Origin: Bigelowiella natans CCMP2755
Taxonomy: Eukaryota; Protista; Cercozoa
NCBI GenBank assembly: GCA_000320545.1
Contig: ADNK01000865.1
Coordinates: forward strand, 1 to 50,157
Length of the DNA: 50,157 nt
Reading direction: 5' to 3'
A program made the position numbers and the translations under genes. The stretch's first letter is position 1; each line of letters starts with the position of its first letter. The notes below the pieces were generated by a model that saw nothing but the letters and a program-made list of their open reading frames with translations, did no database searches and was not told where the DNA came from. This document shows positions 1 to 12,331 of this stretch, piece after piece.

Positions 1-2989
1 ATATAATTATCTAGGTGAACCTGTCCTTCACGCCGCAGGTGTCTCTTCCTCTCACCTTCACCAGGCACAGCATTAATGTTATCCATGATGCGCCTCACTT
101 CTTCTTCAATGGCTTCAGTATCATCTTCCTTAATCTCCTCCTCCATCAAGGTCTTTTCGGTCTGTCCCTCTCCTATTCTTCTTTCGATGCCGTCTCCTTG
201 CTCAAGTGCAGCTCTCTCCTCCACATCTCGTACATCTCCTCCTCCTCCTCCTCCTCCTCCCCTTTCTTCTCTTCCACCCACGGGCCTTTCTTTCCCTGCG
301 ACAACAAAGCGTTGACCATCCGTTCTCCCCCCCCCTGATGCACCAGCATCATCGTCTTTGCCACGTAGACTGGGCCTTTGCTCAGTAAAATCGTCGTTGT
401 CAGTGTTACTGCAAGGTGATTGTTTCTTATGTGATGTTTGGCTCTCTATATCTTCTCCACCTTCGTCTCTTACGACACTACTATATTTTTGGTTCGATTC
501 CTTTTCCTCTTCTTGCTCCTCTTCCTCTTTCTCTTCCCCCGCCTTCTCTTCCTCCTCTGCCTCTTCCTCCTCATGTTGTTGTTGTTGTTGTTGTTGTTGG
601 CGACGATCTTTCTTCCTATCTTGCCTTTCTCGCCTGTTGATGGTGTTGAAGAAGAAGAAGAAGATGATGATGATGATGACTAAACGATACTGATGAGGAT
701 GGTGCTCACAGACATAGCAGCAGTGACAATAGTGGTGATGATGATGGACACAACAACAGCGTATGTCGCATGCTCAACGGCATCATAATGTGCATTTTGC
801 GACATATAAGTGATATGATTATTCGTTTCATCTTTGACGGCAGTGCTCAAACAAGTACTACAACTTTAACAACTACCGATTATTCTTCTTTTTTTTCCCG
901 TCCTCTTTCTGCTGTTGGTGCTGCTGCTGGAGGTCCTGACGCTGCAGCTCGGAGAGAAATACACGGCAAGCCTAGGAAAGGAGTAAGGAGGAGAATATAT
1001 AGATGTCTCACGTAAACTATTCGCAAGATAGAACATGGTGGATGCAGCTGCATAAATATAAGATCCCACACCACCTTCTTTCCCTTATTTTTCCTCTACC
1101 GCTGCTACCACCGCTGCTACTTATAATAATGATAATAGTTGTAATACTTTTCCGTGTGGTACCTTACTATCCATCGCATCATCTTCTATGTGGCCTGGAA
1201 ATGGATGGGGGGAGAAAGAAGAAGCATTGCGTAAAGATTCCATATCAATTTGTCTCTCTCGCGCACAGCTGCCCGAGAGATCGATTTCTGTGTGTTCACG
1301 TTTTTAATTGAAACACATACCACACGCCCGACACGCGTACTGGACGACCTGGCGTTTCCCTTTTCCCTGATATTACGGCATCATTGAAGGATTGGGTGCT
1401 GTATATACGTCTTGCATGTTACATATGGCAAAAATATGCGGTATTCAAAAATTTTGTATATATCGGCCCAGATTTGTTCTCTTGGAGGGGGTATTGGTTC
1501 TCCAGTGAGGAAACGAGGTAGAATGAGAGATAGAGAGACAGAGAGAAATATGTGAGAGTAGGACGGGCAAGGAGGGATCTCATCGAATTCACTACGGATT
1601 TGCTTATATTTGCACAACAACAACAACAACAACAAAAACAACTGCTGCTACAATTGCTACCGATAGCCTCATTGTTGTCTCTGGAATCTTGCAAGCTTTG
1701 AATATAGTAGAGAAATAATTGAGATGATGGTCATCATCATCATCATCATCATCATAATCATCATCATCCTTATAGCTATCATCTTCGTTTTATAAGAGTG
1801 CACTTATCAATCACTGCATCTCTACTACATCTTCTCCATCCAATATCACCCTCCTCCTCCTCCTCATACTCATACTCTCCAATTTACTACCCTTGCACAG
1901 CACGAATCTTGGAACCAACTCATCGATTATGCGACTATCAGTGTTGATTTAGCATCACATCGTCACATGGTGATTGTTGTGCCGAGTCGAGTGAGCAACA
2001 CAAGCGAATAATTAGCCAATAACACAAGGAAACAGCTCTTTTATTCAAAGTTTGGAGCCCATCAGTGTACAGGGAAAGAGAGAAGAGATACAACAGAGAG
2101 GGGTGTAAGAAGGCAGTAGTTTCAAAGTGTCGCAGAGCTATCACAGATTCCACCTTTGCATATCTTCTTGTCTCACGTGACCCTTAAGTACCGCAATATC
2201 TGTAGTAGACGAATTACGTTATTGGCAGGGAGTGATGATGATGACTGGAGCAGGGAAGAGGAGATGATGATAGGCGAATGACAAACGACTATGCATCATT
2301 GCTCTACCTTCTGCCTCATCAGTCTTCACGACCGATGTCTGATGCTATTTGCCCCAAGTTCCGTTATACACACACACACACACACACACACATTATGTAT
2401 ATTATAATATTTATGAAACAGGAGTATGACGTACGTATTAAGCGAAGCTTTGCACACAAATACATTGGTTGAGAAACATCATCGGAAAACAGGCTGGTGG
2501 GTGAGAAAAAAAATATCGATGAGAGTGCTCTTTGAACGGCAACAAGACACGACAGCTAACCAACCGTGAGGCCAAGATATTTGACGATTGCTTCAAATGA
2601 CCTTCCCAGGCACCTTCACAAACGTGAGAAGAGAGCAGAGGATAATAAACTGGGTATACCCACACACACACACATACACATAGTTAAATACCTTGATATC
2701 AATGCCAGATTTGTTATGGTCGTGTGCCCACCTATTCACAAATCTTACGTCAACCACAAAATTGGTGGATGAAAATAAACAAAAACAAGCCAACACGCTC
2801 ACAGTTATAAATATGCACATGCATATACGGACAAAATGACTCATATGCCATCATCTTTATGATAGTGTGAAATCTATCGTCACGTTTGCTCTTCCCATCC
2901 CAAGAAGACTGAAGTCTGGGCATTTTATATCTATAAGAAAGATGCAAAAACTTTAGTTCAAGCCATTTGTCGTGAGGAAACACACACAC

Positions 2990-3052
<63 letters not shown>

Positions 3053-3705
3053 GAGGAGGCTGAAACTCTTCACATGCATACATTCTAGTCACCAAACCTG
3101 TAATTCTCATCATCAGGGTGACCCCCGATGTTGATTCCATTTCCGGTGTTCCTCCCCAGAAAATCGGTCCCCTGTAAAAGAGTATAATGATGATGTGGTA
3201 AGAGTACCGAGCATGGAAAGGAGCAAAGAGCAGAAAAGGGGAACAAAAAGAGTGTTGACTCTCATCATCAGCTTTCCGAAGCTACTCATGCTACCTTTTG
3301 GACATTTTGCAGAATTTTTTGGGCTTGGGTCTGAGCAGGAAGGAGTTAACAGACATATACATAAGCATAATTAAGCGTGCATTTCCTATCACTCATAAAG
3401 AAGCTTTAGTTGTGGTATCTCTTTCAGATACCTGGTGCGATGATAAAGAGAAGAGAAGGCTGTTCCCGCCCCTCAACCGTCTCCACCGTGGAAGAGGTGC
3501 CTTTCTTTCGTTCTATATAGTGAGGGTTGCTATTCTGTATTTTGTCTTCGGTTTTTAAATGCGCTTGTCTGATGCAGGTGTTGATCTACACGCCCCCCTT
3601 AACTCACCCCCCTAATACCGTCACAGCCATCCGAGACCGCACAACTCCGAGATGGGAAACGACCAGAGCGGCCATCAAGACAATTTTTAGCCGAGCCGGA
3701 GACAT
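1..3705 (-). CDS. eIF5-like protein (eIF2beta/eIF5 N-terminal domain) with signal-peptide + basic leader and acidic C-terminal region; multi-exon, 3' end outside window
   Basis: Hand-spliced exons: MSPARLKIVLMAALVVSHLGVVRSRMAVT (3705-3619) | NERKAPLPRWRRLRGGNSLLFSLSSHQ (3512-3432) | TQAQKILQNVQK (3330-3295) | GTDFLGRNTGNGINIGGHPDDENY (from 3171) | RYKMPRLQSSWDGKSK | GHTTITNLALIS | CLGRSFEAIVKYLGLT | ... | DIAVLKGHVRQEDMQ | RIIDELVPRFVLCK | CKIPETTMRLS | KGKRQVVQYACRACG | ... | E/G-rich exon at ~633-55. This matches the eIF5 pattern YRYKMP..., KYFG.ELG, FVLCxxCxxPET, CxACG (zinc finger). One small internal exon near 2300-2500 is not resolved. Confidence 0.85.
2990..3048. repeat. (GA)n microsatellite, intronic
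   Basis: Direct run of GA repeats inside an intron of the eIF5-like gene. Confidence 0.95.
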
Positions 3706-4910
3706 TAGGCTGGGGCCGGATCATATCCACCCACTTCGCTGAGTAGGACGACCCCACATCAGCCGCCCGGGCAGGCAGGGATTGGGGACCTTCATAATGG
3801 TCCCACGAGTTCTGGTAGCTGTTGTTGTTCTCTTTTTTAAGCCGGAAACTTCATACATGAGGCCTTCACCAAATAGCATGCATAAATAGTCATTATTTTA
3901 CCCTTAAAACATCCTAGTTCTAATAACAATAATCAAAGTAATGATGAAGATAAAGATACTACCAACGTATTCAACTGTAGCCACATGTTTTCGTTTGTGT
4001 TAGGTGATTTTCCCATGTAGGAACCCAATGCGCGACGACAGTTGTTGTCGCAAGGGGAACCAAAGAGGCGGTTTTCCCCGTACGACAAGTTTTCGGTATT
4101 GCCACAGTCCGAGTCACCCTTCGATTAACATTTTCATCAGGATTAATGGGAATTTTCATTTGCGACAAACTTGGGTCGATGTCATCGTCCAGATCGCAAA
4201 AATTGGAGCACGCTCTGCGCAAAATGTCGAAAAATATTAGGTCATACGTGAGTAACAAAGGCTCAGTATTACTTGTTCACAACTGCAACAGAGGGAATTT
4301 ATACATTGGATCGTGGTATGGGATATTGTCGTAGGAAATAAACGGCATGTTTTACCAATAAAAATTGCTACGATTCTTTGATGTTATGAGGTTCCACAAC
4401 CGAAGAAGGCCAAACAAGCTAGCTCCTTGGGGCGGCTGCTACACGTACGGCCTGCATGTGTTTTTTCATGTCTAGATTCGTTGACGCTTTTCCAGTTTCG
4501 AAAAAGAAAGTTAAACAATCTTTCAACTCACCACTCTCTTATCTGAGCTGGGCTAAACATTTTAATTCTTTCGGTGAGAGTAATAGATGTTAAAAGAGAC
4601 GAGATCTTGACGTTGTCCACATCCAACTTGACAAATTTGAAGTAAATTATATGGATTCATTCTCAAAAATCAACCACGTTCCTGATTTTAGTCTCCCAAT
4701 CATTTAGAAGTCTCGGCAATGCTCCGGAGATTGACATCTCGATTTTCCCGTCTCGAACGACTTACGAAGAAGAATATGCAACATTTGCCTTCACCTCCGA
4801 AGCTGAGAGGCTGCCGTAGGATCGTGATGCTATCCATGGTATCTATTTCTCTTTGTGATTGATGAGATTCTTCTTCATGCACCTCTCCCTGTTTTCAGGG
4901 TTCGTGTGGC

Positions 4911-6276
4911 ATGTTTCTCGCTGGGTCACTGGGATATTCCCTCATTGTAGCGTCTTTCTTCACATTTTTACGTACGTGATGGGACAAAATACCTATTTCC
5001 CCCCGTCCTATCGCATTATCACCTTTAGGTTGCTGCTGAGGCATTTGGGTCGTCTTACAGGAGCGGTGGCGAGGAGAAGCTGTACTTCGTACCTCATTAC
5101 ACGCTAGAGCGACAGCATATGGCGGAAAAAGCAAAATCTGCACACTTCGATCTTCTGGTTGGGTTCGACAATAGAAATAACACGTCATACATTGCGAATT
5201 CATCCATCGGGACTGGGGACTTTAATGGAAAGCTGATACAGGCTGCAGTAATGTGTCCCCCGGGGATTAACTACAACGATTGGCCCAAAGCAAATATGGT
5301 AGACTTGTACAATGATATCGGATGTATTGTGCACGATCTTAAGAATGACTGCACGGAACGCGCTTGCCCTACAATGAGATTCAGCAGAAACCAATGGCAC
5401 GTACACGCTGACGTCCATGGGAGGGATACCTACGATAGCGCGCCCTCGACAATCGATGCTAAGATGAGCGAGGCAGCATTTTACCTGGGAAACGATTATT
5501 TTAACCTGGCACTTCCTCCTTGGAAGGAAAAAGTTCACATTAACAACAACAGCAACAACTCAGACTCTACCAAGTTGTACCATACAGATGTCGCCCACCT
5601 TGTTGCACTCAATATGGCGCTCGTACTCACGCATCTCCGGCATCACAATGCATCTGGCCATATTCGAGGAATCAGTGCCACGTCCTCCTCAATCCGTTCT
5701 TCTAGATTCAAACATGGTGGCTTATGCTCTTCAGCAGAATCCTCCTCCACATCAGTATCGACAACATCATCATCATCTTCTTCAATAAGCCGTAACACAT
5801 TAACCAAATCACAAGAGTTCCAGGTCTGCCTCTCAAGATTCTTACTCTTCACTGCATACAACGATGTAAGGGAAAACAGCGGATGTTGGAAAATAGGAAG
5901 GAAAGAGAGAAGGGAGAAGAACATATTGTAGTTCACCGAATAATATTTGCAATTTTCTTAATATCGCAAAACGTTTGTATTGGTTTACCACCACTCGAGT
6001 CATCTTCTCCCCACCTTCACTTTCCAATCTATCATACAACCATCATTCATGCTCTCACCATGACCAGCAAGTATGACACATTCATCATACCAAACGGATT
6101 TTCTGTCTCAGATTCTTCTCTGGGACCTTCATTCTGGGGTGCTGGACAGGTGGATGCCTGATCTTACCAGGCAAATGAGAGCGTTCCAGGAGAATGCTCG
6201 CAAGCTGCGACGTGGTCAGAAGCCTGGAGACAAGGATGGTGGTTACGATGGAGATTTCAAAGGGACCAGCATCTAA
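4911..6276 (+). CDS. Divergent MOB1/phocein-family (MOB kinase activator-like) protein
   Basis: ORF 5119-5931 contains IQAAVMCPPGINYNDWPKANMVDLYNDIGCIVHDLKNDCTERACPTM...SAPSTID, comparable to MOB1 LRQAVMLPEGEDLNEW...VDFFNQINMLY...CTEASCPVM...SAPKYID. A GTAAG donor at ~5866 joins a last exon at 6112-6276 (ILLWDLHSGVLDRWMPDL...GTSI*). The start is uncertain: 5119, or 4911 via a short hydrophobic exon. Confidence 0.75.
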
Positions 6277-6878
6277 TTAAAACATTGTGATTAAACTCTA
6301 TCTCGACAATTGCATTGAGAACAGCATTCATTCACTTTTTACAATTCCGTTGATTTTTTCTGAGTCCACACGCCACGCATGCTTTCTACATTATGCTAGT
6401 AGCTCATTCTACAAACCACGTACGCACGTGCGCTGTGCTTGCATCCGACCCAATTGCATTCCATCATTTCTCTCACATCATGCGTGCATTTCTAGCAGAT
6501 CTAGCAGAAACTAGATGTGCATGCACGATGGCGACATGCTAGTATTTGAGCGTAGTATGTAATCCGTACGTTCGCTGTATCGAAGCTGTGACGCTTAATC
6601 GCAACATGCACGTAGTGTGCACGCATCTAAACAACTCGATGTAAAGACCGCGTCTGCCATCCTACAGCGCGCACTGCGGCTGGTTGTTTTTTTTGACTAT
6701 GAACGCGCTTGTGTACGCTGCATGTTATGTGCATGATTGAGCCTAATCTAAATCTCATTAATAGCAAACTGAAAACCTAAATGCTATCTTTGAGATGCAT
6801 AATGAGCATTGTACAAATCAAAGTAACCACTATATGATTCGTGCATTGGAGTTTTTGAAAGTCTGAGACAGGAGAAAG

Positions 6879-7374
6879 CTAGTCATCTTCCCCGTAGCAT
6901 TTGCCCCCGTCCAGCGCTTCGCGGCTATCCAAACTCTCCAACTGGTAACAGGCAGACGTGCCAATCATGACATGAAATCAGCATGTATGAATGAGCACTT
7001 GATTCTTTGCACAACAGCATACATACACTCGCGCACACAGAATTGTTTGGGCAACACCCAGACATTATGTTGGAACTAGAAAAGGTTAGCAATACCCGTA
7101 ACAGATTTGGTGCATCCTCTGGAAGAAGTTGGTCGACTTCGTTCACGAAGTATACCTAAAAAAAAAGGAGGTAGATGAGGTATCGACGGAAAGGGTAGAC
7201 TTCGTCGCATTCTTCTTCCTATTACTACACACACATAAATACACAAACACAGGCGCGTGCGGGCAAAGGCATTCAAGCGACCTTCTTGTTTTTTAAAACA
7301 AAGCGAAACATGTAGCGAGGGTTGTTTTGACCATCAGCAACACCCACACGTTATTATATTCCTCCTGCCCTAGC

Positions 7375-7405
<31 letters not shown>

Positions 7406-10044
7406 CCTGTAGCGCTTGAGTACGTCCTGCAAGAATCGATGTAGCAGAAAAGCCGTAAGACCCCAAATCCTATGGGGCCCTCCTGCGAACTCAAGGGATG
7501 GAACCTGTAATTTTAGCACTTACAATTAAAATGAAGAAATGGCTCAAGAGGGCATGACATCCAAAATACGGTGATGATGATCATTGATGCCGATTTGATA
7601 ATAACAGTAATTATGATGTAGAACAGCCACCAATGCCCTTCTCGCGAAGCAATAAAAGAGAAAAGGCGTAATGATAGCATGCTCATTCAAAGCTGACTAA
7701 CCCCGTCGACTTCGTCGACAATCCAATTTTCCTTCTGGAGGAGATCTTCTACTGGAATGGTGAATGCCGCCTTCACATAAAACACATATGTTTCGGTGTC
7801 GTTCTTATGAAAACAGTATATGCAGCAACATACCTGGACTTCATCGGGATTCATATTGGAGAAGTCGTAGTCTTCTATGTCTCCCATCCAGCCTACTACC
7901 GGTGTTACTGATGATGATGAAGAAGAAGAAGAATAAGGAGAAGAAGAAGATGTGATTGATTACCATGTGCATATGTTGCTGACAATGTATCATGAATTTC
8001 TTTGTCGCTCGTTCGTTCATTTGTTTCTGTGTTTGTGTAAGCGACCGACCGGAAACTCCGACTAACTTTGCAATCGTCCCCCAGTCGCAGCGAAGGACCT
8101 TTCAAATGCCATCACTTAGGGAAATGACCCGAAATCTGTGCATTTCGACCCATCTTTCTCCCTCATATACGATGAGCCAGTCGTGTATTATCACCATTAT
8201 TATAATTCAGTTATTAAAAATGCTGCTGTGTTGTGGCAGATGAACAGATAGGTAGCAATGCAAGTGTGCATGTGACAGTAGTAGGAAAAATTGATACCCC
8301 ACAGACATCCTTAACACCGTCGATACCCATTTCCTCCTTCATCTCACGTAGGCAGGTCTCTACGATGTTCGCGTCTGCTCGATGTTCATGGTACCGATAT
8401 CACCATATATGCATAGACAGTGTCAACACAGGAGAAAACACCGCATCATCAGGATATATGTATTAAATATCAAGGACATAGAATCATGAGGAAGAAACGA
8501 GAATACCCTTTTTATTATCCACGATGCCGCCGGGAAAGCATACCTAGTAGGTCGTGTTCGTAATGTTATTTTGGTGTGCGGTGGCGGCAGGGAGAGCGGA
8601 GGATTTCAGATGATACTGCATGGATAAATGAAGAGTTTGGTATGGAATGTGCTGATCTGAGGATATCGTCATCATCATTATTATCGTAATCCAAACCTGG
8701 CTTTTGTGTGACCGCACAGTGGCAGACCTGTATTGAAATAATACGCTAGCAACACCCTGTGCATTGCAGAGTGGCAGCATCACTGACGCACGCTTCTCCG
8801 CATATCTGGGAAGCTGCCGTGGCATCCGGTGTAAATACCTTTCATGGTGGGATTATAAGTTGGTGAGCGTGCTGTTTTAGCGCGTTGACATATCCTTTTC
8901 TTCATCCCCATTTCCCCAAATGGGATACTCGTTTGCCTCGTTAGCACCACTCACTTGCGAATCATGAAGATGTGCTTTGACTTGAAACCCATATCGAGGA
9001 ACATTTTCCTTCTCTGTTGAATGGCAGTGTTCTTATGATAAAGCAGGATAAAATAGGTGGCAACAATACCTTCAGTCGGCGCTCTGAGATCTTTTCCGTA
9101 TGAAATGGCCGCAAAACCTGAGCAAAACGACTCAGCGACAATTTTTACAAAATTCTACAGAAAAGTAGAAAGGTCTATAGCCGTCGTTCCTGACTTTTCT
9201 GAGTTCTGTCATTCTGTTCTCCCCAAGCAGAATCGCACATATGTGAAGTGTCTCCTGAAAAGAAAAGGTAGAGAGAAGGGTATTACTACTTCCATGTAAG
9301 AATACACGTCCTCTTATCCTACCTCTCGGTCTCTAAGTGCAGCAGCTAAAGCGGGTGTGGTGAAGTTCTGGACTAGATGATTCAAGTCTTTTTGCTTATC
9401 CTGAGAATTGAATGAAGACACCGCAGGATAATATGTTTCCAATCATATCATCATCATACTCTTCATATAAATAATTGTACACAGTGCACCTCAAATATGA
9501 CGCCATGGGCTTTGATAGAATTGATCTCAAGCCCAGTAAACCTGCATAGTGGAAGAGCAAACAGCTGTTTGTTGGTGCGTATGCAGATAACTCGCATGCA
9601 ATGTGTGTTTTGGTGATTACTAAACTCGTCAAATTTCCTCTGCTGTGCAGGCGGTAGGTTTGCCGTAGAAGCAGAATCATCTTCGCTTGGTGTCCATCTC
9701 CGAAAGTTGGTCACATTTGCCCCAGAGCCTGCATACCCATGCGAAAGACGCTATGTGCTTTGATTCGAATGGTTCAAAATAAAACCAACTTACGTTTGTC
9801 GTCCACCCTCACCATCCATCGTCCTCTTTTATGTTTCCCTTTCGACTGCAGATGGAAACACACGTCACATGAAGCTAAAAGGTGAAAATGCTGATAGCGA
9901 CATTCAATAATGCATTTCCAATCGATTGTTCTAGGAAGGGCCCTATCAACACAGCTTCACACACCATCATATTTTCAAGACTTTTTGCACCTTGGAAGTT
10001 GTGCAAAAGCAGGCGGTTCTGAATCTGCGCCTGATCCTCCTCAT
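6879..10044 (-). CDS. NUDT8-like Nudix hydrolase (CoA diphosphatase type) with N-terminal extension, probably mitochondrial
   Basis: Spliced exons give RASVMLPLCNAQGVASVLFQYRSATVRSHKSQ|VCFPGGIVDNKK|DANIVETCLREMKEEMG (Nudix box)...VTPVVGWMGD...NPDEVQ|AAFTIPVEDLL...|GGPHRIWGLTAFLL. First exon MRRIRRRFRTACFCTTSK is Arg-rich and presequence-like. Last exon LESLDSREALDGGKCYGEDD* ends at 6879. Confidence 0.85.
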
Positions 10045-10299
10045 TGCTGCCTGAATGTGCATATTTAGATGGTCGGGGCAAACTGAGGGAGGAGGGGGGC
10101 ACTAAGTTCCGAATGGAACGGAAGGTTTATCGGAGGGAATCGGGCCACAAAAACGTACCAGAAACTACGAAATAATAAACACTACCAAATCTCCAACATG
10201 ATTTGTTGATCATGCTTTAGAGAGGATACTTTGAAAGGAGAATAGCTTGAAATATCGAACGAATTACCAAGGTAAATATGCCATAGATCTATGTTTCAG

Positions 10300-11573
10300 A
10301 TATGATGCTGCCTACTCATTACATGTCATTTAATGTCGGACTCGGTTCATCAGTATTCGAAGACACCACAGCAACTCGAAATTAGACTAGAATTTGCATC
10401 TTTTTCTAGTTTTCTGCGCTCATTTGCATTGTCGTAGATGTAAATCAGCTGGTAAATGGGTTCAATGATGTGTTCGCTGCGTTTTTAGCCGTGAGCTCGT
10501 GAAAAAATATTCACTTCACAGGAGAAAATATTCAGCAATTAATGTAGAGACATACACATTGTGTTGTCGTAGTTGAAAAATTTGTTGTTGTATCTCACAA
10601 GCATCCTCCACATAGTCTGGAATGGCGGACGACTCCATGATAGGTTGGAGGTTATCCCATACCTTCATCTATCTCATCATGCTGGCTTCCTCCTTCATGG
10701 TCAGTGCAACACCTTTAATAAAATCAGTATTCATTTTACGTAGAGAGAGAGGAAGACTTTTCCCGAGTATCGAGTGTTTAATTGCGCTCCACTCACGTGA
10801 AAACCGATGCGGTAAATTTGACTTAATTTGGGAATGACAGAGATCTGAAGCTGGCTTGGATCCTCAAAAACTTGTGGAAGGTGAATACATAGATCTAAAT
10901 TTTATCTTTTCGTATTCCCCGGAGTAAGATTGTGCATTGTGATCGATAATTAACCAGCTGTCAAGGATGGGGTCCGTCAGTTGGAGCAGCTGGAGGAACG
11001 TGCCATTGTCCAACCGTCCTCTGGATCTGAAGAAGGTCCTTCTGTTTCACATGAATTTCTTCAGTATGTTTACTGATTGATTCTCGAATTTCAACTCGTT
11101 CAAGTCTTACATGTTAAAAATTTTCTTCCAATAACCAAAGGTTTCGATATCCTAGGCCACCATCTTGATGTTTCCAAGTACTCTCTCCACCTCACCTATC
11201 TCTCTTGTCCTTCTTCTTCAACTCAAATTTACTCATGATAAATGGAAGAATATCTCAAGAAAGTATTATTTTCATTAGGTATTACGCTTTCAGCGCCATT
11301 GCAATGGTGATCCTTGTTGCCCTGGGGGCAATAATCTTTGTGTTCGCGCGCAGAAGATTCTTTTCCAAGGCAAGAAGAAGAAGTATCGATGAAAATATTG
11401 AAGTTATTGTGCCCTTGACGTCGCACGAAAGAGTAACTTCCATAGAGATGTTGCAGCAAGAGTCGTGCTGTGAACGTGCCTGCAAACGGATGGGATTGGT
11501 TCGAAGCAGAAGGCGTAAGGAGACAAAGTCTGTCTCTAAAAAGCTTCAACCATGGGAAGTGAAAGACTTTTAG
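10300..11573 (+). CDS. Unknown single-pass membrane protein (multi-exon; 5' end unresolved)
   Basis: Last exon YYAFSAIAMVILVALGAIIFVFARRRFFSKARRR...KDF* has a transmembrane helix followed by a basic stop-transfer segment. Upstream AG/GT-bounded exons: DVNQLVNGFNDVFAAFLA, RSEAGLDPQKLVEG, AVKDGVRQLEQLEERAIVQPSSGSEE. No family recognised. Confidence 0.5.
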
Positions 11574-12192
11574 TGATGTTGTATATGTAAACAACAGCAG
11601 CAGCCAGTTTTAAATTAATTAAAGGTAATCCTAATGACGATTTTCCTCTCCGGGGTGACAAAAACACTAATTTCGCATCAGCCATATAAATGGGCAATGG
11701 TTGCATCGTAGAGTGTGCGCACATGCACAACATTATTATGACACACACACACGCGCGCGCGCAATATGTGTACATGTGTGACATCAAATCTACACACATT
11801 TAGTCTGCCTAGCTGCATCCTTCATCCATACATCACGCCAGTATGTGTGTGTCATATTAAGCATCTTATTAGCGCACTTGTCACTTGTATAAGAAACTTT
11901 TGTGTTTGCATAGCGCAGCATAAGCAGATCATGTATCATGTACCAATCATCCTAGCTAGCTAGCATCGTCTGCTTGCATGTAATAATAACCACGGCTGTG
12001 TTTATGTGTATTTCTGCTAATGTACTGTTGGTGATAAGTGGTGGAGGCATAGAGCGTATAAATGTGCAATTATACAATGACGCTGTGCACACATGCATGG
12101 ACAAGCATGGTGTTCAATGATGGCCTATGTGCAATCGTCATGCTAGCATGGTTCATTGTTTTGCTATCGATGCATGTCATCAGCGCCTCGCA

Positions 12193-12284
12193 TCAAGCTT
12201 TTGCAACGAGCTCTTTCAATCCGGTCTCAAGCCTCCCTGATAACGTGTATAGTGGAAGAAACTGGTTACTTTTACATAGCCGTG

Positions 12285-12331
<47 letters not shown>

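Noticed and set aside
15-693. Plus-strand ORFs rich in Ser/Leu/Cys
   Set aside because: Antisense shadows of the Glu/Gly-rich minus-strand exon of the eIF5-like gene.
3115-3289. Minus-strand ATG 3289 giving a signal-like peptide MSSFGKLMMRVNTLFVPLFCSLLLSML
   Set aside because: Out of frame with the eIF5 exon and lies within a predicted intron; the hydrophobicity comes from a pyrimidine tract.
3971-4334. Overlapping short ORFs between the eIF5-like and MOB-like genes
   Set aside because: No recognisable motif and no consistent splice chain; treated as divergent promoter or UTR.
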